Source: Candidatus Latescibacterota bacterium
GTDB lineage: Bacteria > Latescibacterota > UBA2968 > GCA-2709665
Length of the DNA stretch: 64,000 nucleotides
Assembly: GCA_965226795.1 (NCBI GenBank)
Contig: CBDDDZ010000005.1
Coordinates: 1,376,001-1,440,000 of the forward strand
Direction of reading: 5' to 3'
Both the position numbers and the translations under genes were made by a program. The notes under the pieces are model-generated. The model was not told where the DNA came from. It saw only the letters and a program-made list of their open reading frames with translations, and did no database searches. Numbering within the stretch: the first letter of the stretch is position 1; each line of letters opens with the position of its first letter. This document shows positions 1 through 9,708 of the stretch, piece by piece.

Positions 1-7
1 GAAGCAT

Positions 8-421
8 ATGTTTACGCCTTCGGTTACCCTGCAGTACCCGGAAGAGCGCTGGCAGATGCCGGAGCGGTCGCGCAACCAGTTGTTCAACGATATCGACGAC
101 TGTATAGGTTGCGATCAGTGTGCGCGCGCCTGTCCTGTGGATTGCATTTATATCGAATGCGAAAAGGCCGGTCCCGACGAGGATTTGGGTCTGACGTCCA
201 AGGGAACAAAGAAGCGGCTGAAGGTTCTGCGTTTTGACATCGACATGGGGCTTTGCTGTTATTGTGGTCTTTGTACGTATCCCTGCCCTACCGAATGTCT
301 TGTCATGACGCCCAATTATGAATCGTCGGTTTACGATCGGACGGATCTGATTTACCGCTACGCCCGTCCCTGGGACTACGTACAAAAGCCCACTGACGCC
401 GAGTCGGCGGAGCGTCACTAG
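8..421 (+). CDS. nuoI: NADH-quinone oxidoreductase subunit I (probably 5'-truncated by the window edge)
   Basis: Two 4Fe-4S motifs (CIGCDQCARACP, CCYCGLCTYPCP) and a VTLQYPEE motif. The frame is open back to the window start. Confidence 0.93.
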   Translation: MFTPSVTLQYPEERWQMPERSRNQLFNDIDDCIGCDQCARACPVDCIYIECEKAGPDEDLGLTSKGTKKRLKVLRFDIDMGLCCYCGLCTYPCPTECLVMTPNYESSVYDRTDLIYRYARPWDYVQKPTDAESAERH

Positions 422-531
422 ACCGCAGCGGCCCCGTTACTTCGAGGCGCAGGGAACATCGGAGGCCATTCCCGTGCAGACGAAGGCGGGCGTTTTCTGA
501 TGCCCTGGGGCTTCCACGATTTGGTTGTTAT

Positions 532-1047
532 ATGGAACTCTCGACGATTGTGTTTTATCTGTTTGCCGCCGTAACCGTGGGCTCTGCAGCAGCAGTCGTG
601 TTTGTGAGCCGGCTGATTTATGCGGTGTTTGCTCTGCTGTTTACGTTTTTCGGTGTTGCCGGTCTGTACGTCTTTCTCGATGCCGATTTCCTGGCAGGCG
701 CGCAGGTATTGATCTATGTAGGAGGAATCCTGATTCTGTTGCTTTTCGGTGTGATGTTGACCAACCGCATCTACGATTTGAATCTGCTGGCCGAACGGGT
801 GCAGTTTCTACCCAGCGTCGTTGTCGTCGGCGCTGGTTTCGCGCTGCTGGTTATGGTGATCGTGAAGACCTCGTGGCCGCTTTCCGAGGGTCCGGCGCCG
901 GCTTCCAGTACATCGGAAATTGGCAAGTCGCTCATGACAACCTACGTTCTGCCTTTCGAGGTGGCTGGCATGCTGTTGCTGGCGGCCCTGCTCGGGGCTT
1001 CGATGCTGGCCGGAAAGGGGAAGGGGGAGGAGGAAGGGGACTTATGA
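532..1047 (+). CDS. nuoJ: NADH-quinone oxidoreductase subunit J
   Basis: Hydrophobic, with QVLIYVGGILILLLFGVML and YVLPFE motifs; follows nuoI. Confidence 0.95.
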   Translation: MELSTIVFYLFAAVTVGSAAAVVFVSRLIYAVFALLFTFFGVAGLYVFLDADFLAGAQVLIYVGGILILLLFGVMLTNRIYDLNLLAERVQFLPSVVVVGAGFALLVMVIVKTSWPLSEGPAPASSTSEIGKSLMTTYVLPFEVAGMLLLAALLGASMLAGKGKGEEEGDL

Positions 1048-1349
1048 TTGGATTGGAACACTATCTGGTCGTGGGGGCCATTCTTTTCTGCCTGGGTATT
1101 CTGGCGGTTGCCACGCGTCGCAACGCGATTAGCATTCTGATGGGGGTGGAACTCATACTGAATGCCGCGAATCTGAATCTTGTCGCGTTTGCGCGGTTCT
1201 CCGATTCGGGATTGGAAGGGCAGGTTTTCGCCGTTTTCGTCATTGTCCTCGCGGCGGCGGAAGCGGCGGTTGCGCTGGCGATCGTTTTGAATATTTACCG
1301 CAATTATCAGATGGTCAACGTAGACAGACTGGACTCGTTGAGCGGATGA
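1044..1349 (+). CDS. nuoK: NADH-quinone oxidoreductase subunit K
   Basis: MIGLEHYL...RRNAISILMGVELILNAANLN...AAAEAAVALAI. ATG at 1044 overlaps the nuoJ stop (ATGA). Confidence 0.95.
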   Translation: MIGLEHYLVVGAILFCLGILAVATRRNAISILMGVELILNAANLNLVAFARFSDSGLEGQVFAVFVIVLAAAEAAVALAIVLNIYRNYQMVNVDRLDSLSG

Positions 1350-1366
1350 CGTCTCCGGGAGAGTAA

Positions 1367-3448
1367 ATGCCCTTAGATCTGCTTCTCATCCCTGTTCTAC
1401 CTCTTGCTGCCTTTGCCGTACAAACTTTCTGGGGAAGGCGCCTGCCTCGTGGGGGCGATTGGGTACCCCTTGCGGCTATTTCCATTGCGTTTCTTCTTTC
1501 CCTCCGGTATTTCATCCAGGCGCTTTCGGCCTACGATTCCGGCTGGCACCTTGAGCTCGATTCGTGGGTCTGGCTGGATTTGAGCGCCGCGACGATTACG
1601 GTTGGACTGCTGGTCGACAATTTGACTGCCGTCATGTTGATGGTTGTGACGGTCGTGAGCGGACTGGTGCACCTCTATTCGGTAGGCTATATGCACGGAG
1701 ACCCGCGTTATTCCCGGTTTTTCGGGTTTCTGGCGATTTTTTCGTTTTCGATGCTGGGCCTGGTTCTGGTCGACAATTTCCTGCTGCTTTATGTCTTCTG
1801 GGAGCTTGTCGGGCTCTCTTCCTATCTGCTGATCGGGTTCTGGTACGAAAAACCGGCGGCGGCGGCGGCATGCAAAAAAGCGTTTCTGGTGAACCGTGTG
1901 GGCGACCTCGGCTTTTTCGTAGGCATTATGATCGTGTTCTGGAAGGTCGGCGCTTTCGACTTCGCAAGTGTTTACGACGGGGTTGCCGCCGGGCGGCTTG
2001 GCGGGGGAATGCTGACGGTTGCGGGCCTGTGTCTGTTCTGCGGCGCGGTGGGCAAGTCGGCGCAGTTTCCGCTGCACGTCTGGTTGCCGGACGCTATGGA
2101 AGGTCCTACGCCCGTCAGTGCGCTGATCCATGCCGCTACCATGGTTGCCGCTGGCGTGTATTTGGTCACAAGGATGTTCCCGATCCTGACACCCGACGCG
2201 CTGGTGGTGATCGCTTACATCGGAGCGATTACGGCAATTCTGGGCGCAACCATCGCCGTGGCCCAGTACGACATCAAGCGTGTCCTAGCTTATTCGACCA
2301 TCAGCCAGCTGGGTTATATGATAATGGGTCTGGGCGTAGGCGCGTATGTGGCCGGATTTTTTCACCTGATGACCCACGCGGCTTTCAAGGCATGCCTCTT
2401 TCTCGGATCGGGCAGCGTGATCCATGCGGTTGAACATGCATTCCACCGGACACATAACGACAGCGACCCGCAGGATATGCGAAATATGGGAGGGCTGCGC
2501 GCGAAAATGCCGCTGACCTTTTGGACCTTTCTTGTTGCGACCGTGGCCCTGGCTGGCGTACCGCTAACGTCCGGATTTCTCAGCAAAGACGCAATTCTGG
2601 CCGCGGCGCTGGGATTCGGCGGATTCTCCCGTCCCGCGCATTTCCTGCTGCCCCTGTTCGGGTTTGCCGCCGGTGGTTTAACGGCCTTTTATATGTTCCG
2701 CCTGATCTTTCTCACGTTTTATGGAGAGCCGAGGGACAAGTCCCTTGTCAAATACGCCCACGAATCCCCGCGCGTGATGACCGTTCCGCTGATTGTACTG
2801 GCGGTGCTGAGTATCTGGATCTTTTATGCCTGGAACCCGCTGGGAGGAGAGGGCTGGTTTCACCATCTCGTGAAGGCCCCCGAAGCGGGGCTGCTTGCGG
2901 CTAAAGGCGAACCATTGTCGATTGGAACAACCGGAGTCGACGCTTATGCGGCTGGTACGTACAACGACGCGGCGCACGCAGCGCACTACCCGGCGATGAT
3001 CCTCTCTTTATTGATTGCCGGTGCGGGCATCTATACGGCCTATCGGCGGTACTTTAATCGGCGGGAGGAAATGATCGCGTTGGAGGAAGCATCGCTTCAG
3101 TCGGGTGGGTTCTTCCGCACGTTGAACCGGAAGTGGTATTTCGATGAAATATACGAAGCCACCTTTGTCCAATCCGTAATGGTCGGACGAACGGTGTTGA
3201 ATTGGTTCGACATTCACATTGTGGACGGTCTCGTGAATCTGTTGGCCACGGTGACCCGGGGTATTTCATTCATCGATCGATTGTTCGACGAATGGGTGGT
3301 CGATGGGCTCGTGAACGCCGTTGCCGGGGTGATCGGGTGGGCCGGCGCAGGGCTGAGACGTATTCAGACGGGCCGCCTACAGACCTATGTTGTTCTGGTG
3401 ATGGCAGGCATTCTGGTCCTGATGGTGATCCGACTGATGGTTGCTTGA
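1367..3448 (+). CDS. nuoL: NADH-quinone oxidoreductase subunit L
   Basis: GKSAQFPLHVWLPDAMEGPTPVSALIHAATMV and FHLMTHAAFKACLFL motifs. Confidence 0.97.
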   Translation: MPLDLLLIPVLPLAAFAVQTFWGRRLPRGGDWVPLAAISIAFLLSLRYFIQALSAYDSGWHLELDSWVWLDLSAATITVGLLVDNLTAVMLMVVTVVSGLVHLYSVGYMHGDPRYSRFFGFLAIFSFSMLGLVLVDNFLLLYVFWELVGLSSYLLIGFWYEKPAAAAACKKAFLVNRVGDLGFFVGIMIVFWKVGAFDFASVYDGVAAGRLGGGMLTVAGLCLFCGAVGKSAQFPLHVWLPDAMEGPTPVSALIHAATMVAAGVYLVTRMFPILTPDALVVIAYIGAITAILGATIAVAQYDIKRVLAYSTISQLGYMIMGLGVGAYVAGFFHLMTHAAFKACLFLGSGSVIHAVEHAFHRTHNDSDPQDMRNMGGLRAKMPLTFWTFLVATVALAGVPLTSGFLSKDAILAAALGFGGFSRPAHFLLPLFGFAAGGLTAFYMFRLIFLTFYGEPRDKSLVKYAHESPRVMTVPLIVLAVLSIWIFYAWNPLGGEGWFHHLVKAPEAGLLAAKGEPLSIGTTGVDAYAAGTYNDAAHAAHYPAMILSLLIAGAGIYTAYRRYFNRREEMIALEEASLQSGGFFRTLNRKWYFDEIYEATFVQSVMVGRTVLNWFDIHIVDGLVNLLATVTRGISFIDRLFDEWVVDGLVNAVAGVIGWAGAGLRRIQTGRLQTYVVLVMAGILVLMVIRLMVA

Positions 3449-3480
3449 AATCCGGAGATGATTCAACGGCTATCGCGGGT

Positions 3481-3646
3481 TCTTCATTTAAGACGCTCTA
3501 CGGGCGCTTGTTCAGGTTTGAGGGAAACCGGACTATTTTTTTGGTTCGGGCAGACGGATCCGCTACAAGTCTACGAGTTGAAGCACTGCGTCGCCCTCGC
3601 CCTTACGTATTACCGCGTAAAACACCTGCCGTTACCCGGCGCGTGA
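3481..3646 (+). pseudogene. Frameshifted C-terminal relic of a DUF1801 (YdhG-like) protein
   Basis: One frame reads SFKTLYGRLFRFEGNRTI. After the T7 run at 3536-3542 the next frame reads GQTDPLQVYELKHCVALALTYYRVKHLPLPGA. This resembles the DUF1801 C-terminus from memory; no N-terminal part is present. Confidence 0.6.
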
Positions 3647-3778
3647 GACGATTCGAAGCGTGCCCGCCTCAATGCGCGGCATCCCGGTCCCGTACAGGAG
3701 CCCGGAAATTTGCACAGGGCGGGGCTCCCTGCAGTCCGCCACATGCCATACGACTTTGATTGGGGAGGTAGCCGACAG

Positions 3779-5356
3779 ATGGCGCAATGGATTTTGACCC
3801 TTTTAACGTTTATTCCAGTGTTGGGTGCGGGGGTGATTCTGCTGTTGCCGGGCAGGGCGGTCGGTGCGATTCGCCGGGTTGCGCTGGCTTCGACCGGGCT
3901 CTGCCTTCTGCTGGCGATCTGGTTGTTTCAGGATTTCGATCGGACCTTACCCGATATGCAATACGAAGTGCGCCTACCCTGGATCGAGTCGTTCAACATC
4001 CAATATTATATGGGCATAGACGGCCTGAGTGTTTCGATGGTGCTGTTGACGGCGCTGCTGGGTTTCCTGTGCGTTCCCGCCTCCTGGACCATCAACCGTG
4101 GGGTGAAGGGATATTTCGCGCTGTTTCTACTGTTAGAGACAGGCATGCAGGGTGTGTTCGTGTCGCTCGATTTCTTCCTGTTCTACGTGTTCTGGGAAGT
4201 GATGCTGTTGCCGATGTATTTCCTGATCGGGATCTGGGGAGGGGCAAGAAAGGAATATGCTGCCATAAAGTTCTTTCTGTATACATTGACGGGGAGCGTT
4301 TTGTTATTGCTGGTGATGCTGGCGTTTTACTTCAATGTCGCCGATCCGGACACAGGGAAACATACGTTCAATATGCCGGTGATGATGGACCAGGCCAATC
4401 ATTCAGAATGGCTCCGCGCCGGGATGATATTCGGGTATTCGGCTCCGGTAGTGATCTGGATTGCCATGTTTATCGGTTTTGCCATCAAAGTGCCCCTGTT
4501 TCCATTTCACACCTGGCTTCCGGACGCCCACGTAGAAGCGCCTACGGCCATCAGCGTGATTCTGGCCGGGGTACTGTTAAAAATGGGCACATACGGTATT
4601 TTAAGGTTCAATTACCCGATGTTGCCCGATGTGACACGCGATTTCAGCTATTTTCTGGCCGTGATCGGGGTCATTAACATCATTTATGGCGCGCTTGTCG
4701 CAATGGCGCAGACAGATTTGAAGAGACTGGTGGCGTACTCCAGCATCAGTCATATGGGTTTTGTAATGCTTGGTATGTCGTCGTTTACGCCCCACGGTAT
4801 CAACGGGGCGGTATTTCAGATGTTCAACCACGGAACCATCACGGCGATGTTGTTTCTGCTCGTGGGCGTCATTTACGACCGGGCTCACCACCGGTATATT
4901 GTCTATCCCAACGATTACGAAGATCCGGATCTGCGTGGGAAACTGGGATTTGGCGGGCTGTGGTCGCACATGCCAGTGTACGGCAGTCTGACGATGGTGG
5001 CATACTTCGCCGCACTGGGATTGCCGGGGCTTTCAGGGTTTATCAGCGAAGCGCTATGCTTCCTGGGTGCATTCCAGGTCCATCAAACAATGACAATCCT
5101 GGGCACTCTGGGGGTGCTTTTGGGTGCGGCATACATGCTCTGGGCTTTTCAGCGTCTGTTCATGGGGCCGTTTAACGAAAGGTGGAGGGATCTGCCCGAG
5201 ATTAACGGTCGCGAGATCTTCAGCGTGGCGCCGCTGGCGGTCATCGTCATTGTTCTCGGCATTTATCCCGCACCAGTGCTGGACCTGCTGGCGGAGTCTC
5301 TCGGAGAACTCGTAAAGGATCTTAACGTGCCGGTTATGTCCGCGATGCAGCGCTAG
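3779..5356 (+). CDS. nuoM: NADH-quinone oxidoreductase subunit M
   Basis: FAIKVPLFPFHTWLPDAHVEAPT and AYSSISHMG motifs. GGAGG RBS precedes the ATG at 3779. Confidence 0.96.
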   Translation: MAQWILTLLTFIPVLGAGVILLLPGRAVGAIRRVALASTGLCLLLAIWLFQDFDRTLPDMQYEVRLPWIESFNIQYYMGIDGLSVSMVLLTALLGFLCVPASWTINRGVKGYFALFLLLETGMQGVFVSLDFFLFYVFWEVMLLPMYFLIGIWGGARKEYAAIKFFLYTLTGSVLLLLVMLAFYFNVADPDTGKHTFNMPVMMDQANHSEWLRAGMIFGYSAPVVIWIAMFIGFAIKVPLFPFHTWLPDAHVEAPTAISVILAGVLLKMGTYGILRFNYPMLPDVTRDFSYFLAVIGVINIIYGALVAMAQTDLKRLVAYSSISHMGFVMLGMSSFTPHGINGAVFQMFNHGTITAMLFLLVGVIYDRAHHRYIVYPNDYEDPDLRGKLGFGGLWSHMPVYGSLTMVAYFAALGLPGLSGFISEALCFLGAFQVHQTMTILGTLGVLLGAAYMLWAFQRLFMGPFNERWRDLPEINGREIFSVAPLAVIVIVLGIYPAPVLDLLAESLGELVKDLNVPVMSAMQR

Positions 5357-5360
5357 GTGC

Positions 5361-6959
5361 ATGACAGACAGTCCGATTTCCCCGGACTTCGGTGGGAACG
5401 GGCCCGTCACCGATGGGAGGAACGACCTTGTGGCCGAGGTCATTGGAAACGCGGTCGCAGTGAATCTCGACGGCCTGCAGTATATCTGGCCGGAGATCAT
5501 CATCACGGTTGCAATTCTTGGAATTGTGACCATCGATCTGATCCTGACCGGAAAGAAAAAGGCATTGTTGACGGGGCTGTCGCTTGTGGTACTTGTAGTA
5601 TGCCTGATTTCGATTGCCGGTTTGTACGACGAGGCACCCAGGTCGTTGTTTATGGGCATGATCGCTCTGGATGGTTTTGCCCTGTTCTTCAAGCTTCTGA
5701 TTGTGATCACAACCATCGTGGTCACACTGTTCGGCTTGCAGTCGCGGGACATCGACGCCGACCGGATCGGTGAATTCTACGCGCTCTTTCTTTCGGTCGC
5801 ACTTGGCGGCTTCCTGATGGCCGGTGCAACCAATTTGCTGATGATGTATCTTGCGCTCGAGTTGGTCAGTCTGCCGTCCTATGTGCTTGCTGGCTATCAG
5901 AAACGGGTGCGGCGATCCAACGAGGCGGCGCTGAAATATGTGGTATACGGCGGGGTGTCTTCAGGCATCATGCTGTATGGATTTTCCTTGATCTACGGAT
6001 TGACGGGGACGCTGGACATTTACGGGATTGCGGCTCGTCTGGGAACCACAGCGCCGTACGAACTGACGTTGTTTCTCGGTGCGACGCTCGCAATGGCAGG
6101 GTTTGGCTACAAGGTGGCTTCGGTCCCGTTTCATTTCTGGTGTCCTGACGTATATGAGGGCGCGCCTACACCCGTGACGGCGTTCTTCTCGGTCGCTCCC
6201 AAAGCGGTCGGTTTCGCTATGCTCGCGCGGTTCTTTTACGTGGGTCTATCCGCTTACGATGGCACTTCGGGTACGGGTACCACGCTGGGTGTGGCATGGC
6301 CGCAGTTGCTCGCCCTCATTTCAGCCTTTACGATGACGCTGGGCAATCTGACGGCCATCTGGCAGCGCAACCTGAAGAGACTGCTGGCGTACTCCAGTAT
6401 TGCCCACGCGGGATATATGATGATGGGCGTGGTGATGTTGTCGTCAGCGGGACTAAAGGCAGTGATGTTTTATACGGGCGCGTATCTGTTTATGAATCTG
6501 GGTGCGTTCCTGGTTGTTTTGCTTTTGGCCGAAAGCATCGGAAGTGAGGATATTGAGGATTACAGGGGCCTGGGTTGGCGGTCACCCTGGATCGCGCTTG
6601 CGATGTCTGCATTTCTTTTTTCGCTCACCGGATTGCCGCCGACGGCAGGGTTTGTAGGAAAGGTGTATCTGTTCGCCGCTGTGGTCGATGGTGGGCTCTA
6701 CTGGCTGGCTGTGGTGGGTGCGTTAAACAGCGCAGTTTCCTTGTATTATTATGCAAGGGTCGTGCGCGCAATGTACCTGGAGAAACCCACTTCAGATACA
6801 CCGGTCGTTATTTCCCGGTTCGCCACCGCCACCTTGGCGATGTTGTTTGTCGGAACCCTGCTGTTTGGCGTCTACTGGGCGCCGCTGGCCGATTTGGCTG
6901 AAACGTCGACCGCGATCTTTCTGAACGGAGATGGAGCAGTTCAGGCATTGATGCGGTAA
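5361..6959 (+). CDS. nuoN: NADH-quinone oxidoreductase subunit N
   Basis: EAALKY, PFHFWCPDVYEGAPTP and KRLLAYSSIAHAGY motifs. Confidence 0.96.
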   Translation: MTDSPISPDFGGNGPVTDGRNDLVAEVIGNAVAVNLDGLQYIWPEIIITVAILGIVTIDLILTGKKKALLTGLSLVVLVVCLISIAGLYDEAPRSLFMGMIALDGFALFFKLLIVITTIVVTLFGLQSRDIDADRIGEFYALFLSVALGGFLMAGATNLLMMYLALELVSLPSYVLAGYQKRVRRSNEAALKYVVYGGVSSGIMLYGFSLIYGLTGTLDIYGIAARLGTTAPYELTLFLGATLAMAGFGYKVASVPFHFWCPDVYEGAPTPVTAFFSVAPKAVGFAMLARFFYVGLSAYDGTSGTGTTLGVAWPQLLALISAFTMTLGNLTAIWQRNLKRLLAYSSIAHAGYMMMGVVMLSSAGLKAVMFYTGAYLFMNLGAFLVVLLLAESIGSEDIEDYRGLGWRSPWIALAMSAFLFSLTGLPPTAGFVGKVYLFAAVVDGGLYWLAVVGALNSAVSLYYYARVVRAMYLEKPTSDTPVVISRFATATLAMLFVGTLLFGVYWAPLADLAETSTAIFLNGDGAVQALMR

Positions 6960-7045
6960 ACGCATGTGCGGATCTGGCGAACGGCGCCAAAATGCGGCAA
7001 ATGGCATGGGACCCGATGCGGAAACGTTGTTTCGGGAAAGACATT

Positions 7046-7082
7046 ATAAAGGCCCCGCGGTGTTGCATCGCGGGGCCTTTAT
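7046..7082. terminator. Bidirectional stem-loop terminator between convergent nuoN and the PqqD-like gene
   Basis: Inverted repeat ATAAAGGCCCCGCGGTG-TTG-CATCGCGGGGCCTTTAT. Confidence 0.75.
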
Positions 7083-7105
7083 CCGTTGGGACGCGAACAA
7101 ATAAT

Positions 7106-7531
7106 CTACCTCCAGGCTTTTCCGCTGGCGCTTCTCTTCTTTTTCCGCAGGTCGTTTTTCTCAACCAGAAACCCGAGCAGATTTTTACGCCCGAGGGTTC
7201 TAAGGTAGCTCAAAAGAGAGATTTCAGCTTCCTTTGCATTGAGTTTGTGGGTTTCGCACAGGCGTTTTATCATTGCAGCCACCGTTGTGCGTCCGTCGCA
7301 CATCTCCCATACCTGAGTGCCGATTTCATCCAGTACCAGCGTTCGTTTTTCGGGTACCCAGAAGATTTTGGAAAGAATCTTAACTCTGGTGGTATCTGCA
7401 CGTCTCAGCGTGATGGTCACTTCGTCGTCTTTGTTCGTTTTCCATTCCAACTGGCTGTTCCGCGCTGGTTTGGAGTTGAACATCGCTTCTCGGCTGATCT
7501 TAGGCTGCCTTTTTGATGAAAACAGCGCCAT
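7106..7531 (-). CDS. Stand-alone PqqD-family / RiPP-recognition-element (RRE) protein
   Basis: LDEIGTQVWEMCDGRTTVAAMIKRL...SLLSYLRTLGRKNLL is the typical PqqD winged-helix pattern. Start chosen at MALFSS. Confidence 0.8.
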   Translation of the reverse strand: MALFSSKRQPKISREAMFNSKPARNSQLEWKTNKDDEVTITLRRADTTRVKILSKIFWVPEKRTLVLDEIGTQVWEMCDGRTTVAAMIKRLCETHKLNAKEAEISLLSYLRTLGRKNLLGFLVEKNDLRKKKRSASGKAWR

Positions 7532-7570
7532 TTGGCTTCCTGCGGTTAAGGGATACAGACGGGCCAACCG

Positions 7571-8539
7571 TCAGGTAATTCCACCATCCGCGACGGATTC
7601 ACGGTGGCAGACAACGGCGCGCCGGGCATTTTCAATATCCGGCGCGTCCTTCTGCCTCCTGTAGTAGGTGTGAACTGCGTATATTTTGTTCACGTCGTCA
7701 CAGGTCCAGACGCGGGCTTCCATATTCAAACGGGGTCTGGCATTCCAGAAAGGTAGAGGCATCAACAACCCCCGCCAGCGGCTCTTGGGTTTTCCGCGAA
7801 CGGTCAGACCAAAGTGTTCCCCGATGCTTGTCTCGTTAGAGTCCAGGCTGACGTGCCGCAGATTCTTGCGGAAGAATTCCTGGTACCAGTCCGACAGGGT
7901 GCGCTTTTTCAGGAGTACTTTGGCGAGGCTGAGCCGGTCGAACTGAAGAATATTCTGGCCGTGTTGAAAACAGAGCCGAAGGTGCCCGGATTTCAGGTCG
8001 TAGGTTTCCAGAGAGAACTGGGGGGGCGATGAACACACGAGATCGTAAAGGGCCCACGTTCGGTCTCCGTCCGGTGCCGTATCCCGAATTGAATTCAGAA
8101 TTCTACTGATATTGTCCCCGGCGTCCTCGTCAAGTTTCGTCCTGATTTTGACGAAAAAAAGCCGGTCTGACGCCGCGCTGTAGAACGCCAACGCGTGGAT
8201 TCGGTCCTCGGCTTGCCAGGCGAAAAAGACTGGCGAACAGGCATCGGGCAGTTCAAGCCAGCCCATGTCGAGAGCGCGTTCCACGTCGAGGCTTTTCTTT
8301 TCCTTGCGGGCGCTTTGGGCGAGTCCATCAACAAAGCGGTCCACAATTGGTGCGACTCGCGTGTCGCCGCGGGCATCCTTCCACTCGATGTCCAGCCTGG
8401 CCAGCGTGGGATCATCCAAGCGGACGCTGCCGGATTTGGAATCGCCGGTAATCTTGCCGGGATTCCACTCCAGAGGCACCTCGAGGGTCAGCCCGTGCCA
8501 TCCGAACAGGGACCAGTCTGAATAAAGTAAAGACTTCAC
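7571..8539 (-). CDS. Hypothetical protein (about 320 aa) co-oriented with the PqqD-like gene
   Basis: Long open frame with a GTG start at 8539 after an AAGGGG RBS. A TTGACA-N16-TATATT promoter lies at 8611-8584 on the minus strand. Confidence 0.8.
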   Translation of the reverse strand: MKSLLYSDWSLFGWHGLTLEVPLEWNPGKITGDSKSGSVRLDDPTLARLDIEWKDARGDTRVAPIVDRFVDGLAQSARKEKKSLDVERALDMGWLELPDACSPVFFAWQAEDRIHALAFYSAASDRLFFVKIRTKLDEDAGDNISRILNSIRDTAPDGDRTWALYDLVCSSPPQFSLETYDLKSGHLRLCFQHGQNILQFDRLSLAKVLLKKRTLSDWYQEFFRKNLRHVSLDSNETSIGEHFGLTVRGKPKSRWRGLLMPLPFWNARPRLNMEARVWTCDDVNKIYAVHTYYRRQKDAPDIENARRAVVCHRESVADGGIT

Positions 8540-8768
8540 GTAACGCCACCCCTTATCAAGAGGTTCGATGCGCCGAATGGATAAATATACGTAACCCGGC
8601 ACACCTGTCAAGCACTTTGTCATTCAACTAAGTATAGGTTTTGCAGGGATTTGCAATAGGTCTTTCTGACAGGATCGCATGGATTTCCAATTCGGCAGTG
8701 GTTTGCTTTAAGTAACGTATCGGACTCGTTTGCGGTGGGGCATTGTGCTGCGCCATACAAAACACGTG

Positions 8769-8797
8769 TTGACAAATGAACTAATGTTCACTATATT
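8769..8797 (+). promoter_or_regulatory. sigma70 promoter of lexA with a palindromic operator in the spacer
   Basis: TTGACA (8769-8774), 17-bp spacer, TATATT (8792-8797). The spacer holds TGAAC-TAAT-GTTCA (8777-8790). Confidence 0.85.
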
Positions 8798-8898
8798 CAA
8801 ATGAGCACGTCCTGTCGTTTGTGGCCTTTTTCGTACCGAACACGACTGGTTCTTTTTTGATTACTGCGGGAGGCTGTTGGTAATTCAGGAGATGCGCG

Positions 8899-9528
8899 AT
8901 GCGTCAGAAACTGACGGACAGACAGAGGGAAATTTACGAATTTATCGCCCGGACAATCCGAGATGGTGGCGCTCCCCCAACAATTCGGGAGACGATGAAC
9001 GCGTTCAACATCGCTTCCACCAACGGCGTGCGAACCACCCTGGCCGCCCTGGAGAAAAAGGGGTATATTCGGCGACGCCCCATGGTGTCCCGGGGAATAG
9101 AGCTTACGGACTATGTGGAGCGCGACATTCCAGGGGTAACCGAGTCGCGAGAGGTACCCGTTATTGGCCGGGTGGCTGCCGGGGAGCCCATCCTGGCAAC
9201 TGAAAACGTTGAGAGCACTGTGGCCGTGGACCGTTCCTTTTTGCCGTCGGAGGACGTTTTCGTTCTCCGTGTCAAGGGTGAGAGCATGCGCGATGCGGGC
9301 ATTCTTGACGGAGACTACGTGCTGGCAAGGCAGCAGGAAACGGCGAGTCCGGGTGAAATCGTTGTGGCGGTGATTGGGGAGGAGGCGACGGTGAAGCGGT
9401 ATTTCCCGGAGGCGGGGCGGGTAAGGCTCACCCCGGAAAACGAAGCGTTCGAAGCCATCGTGGTGCATCCGGGACGGGAAGAGTTCCGCATTGCAGGAAA
9501 AATTGTGGGCTTGATGCGTCGATTCTGA
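8899..9528 (+). CDS. lexA: SOS transcriptional repressor LexA
   Basis: N-terminal wHTH (LTDRQREIYEFI...PPTIRE), VAAG cleavage site, GESM catalytic Ser and ATVKR catalytic Lys. Confidence 0.97.
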   Translation: MRQKLTDRQREIYEFIARTIRDGGAPPTIRETMNAFNIASTNGVRTTLAALEKKGYIRRRPMVSRGIELTDYVERDIPGVTESREVPVIGRVAAGEPILATENVESTVAVDRSFLPSEDVFVLRVKGESMRDAGILDGDYVLARQQETASPGEIVVAVIGEEATVKRYFPEAGRVRLTPENEAFEAIVVHPGREEFRIAGKIVGLMRRF

Positions 9529-9556
9529 GGCAATACGCTAAGGTCCGAATATTCCG

Positions 9557-9586
9557 CCCCCTTGATTTTAGAGGGGGATTTTTTTT
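9557..9586 (+). terminator. Probable intrinsic terminator after lexA
   Basis: CCCCTT...AGAGGGG stem followed by a T8 tract. Confidence 0.5.
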
Positions 9587-9708
9587 GTGGTTGGGTCGAT
9601 TCCTAGCGCGTGGCGAGTATTGTTCACGGATATCACCGTTTCTCCGGCGGGATGCATCCGGGGAAATCAAACATTCTGGTGTCGTGTGTTGTTTTTTTCC
9701 GCTTTGCC

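Noticed and set aside
525..1349. 274-aa ORF overlapping nuoJ
   Set aside because: Only the part from ATG 1044 is NuoK; the rest is an alternate-frame shadow of nuoJ.
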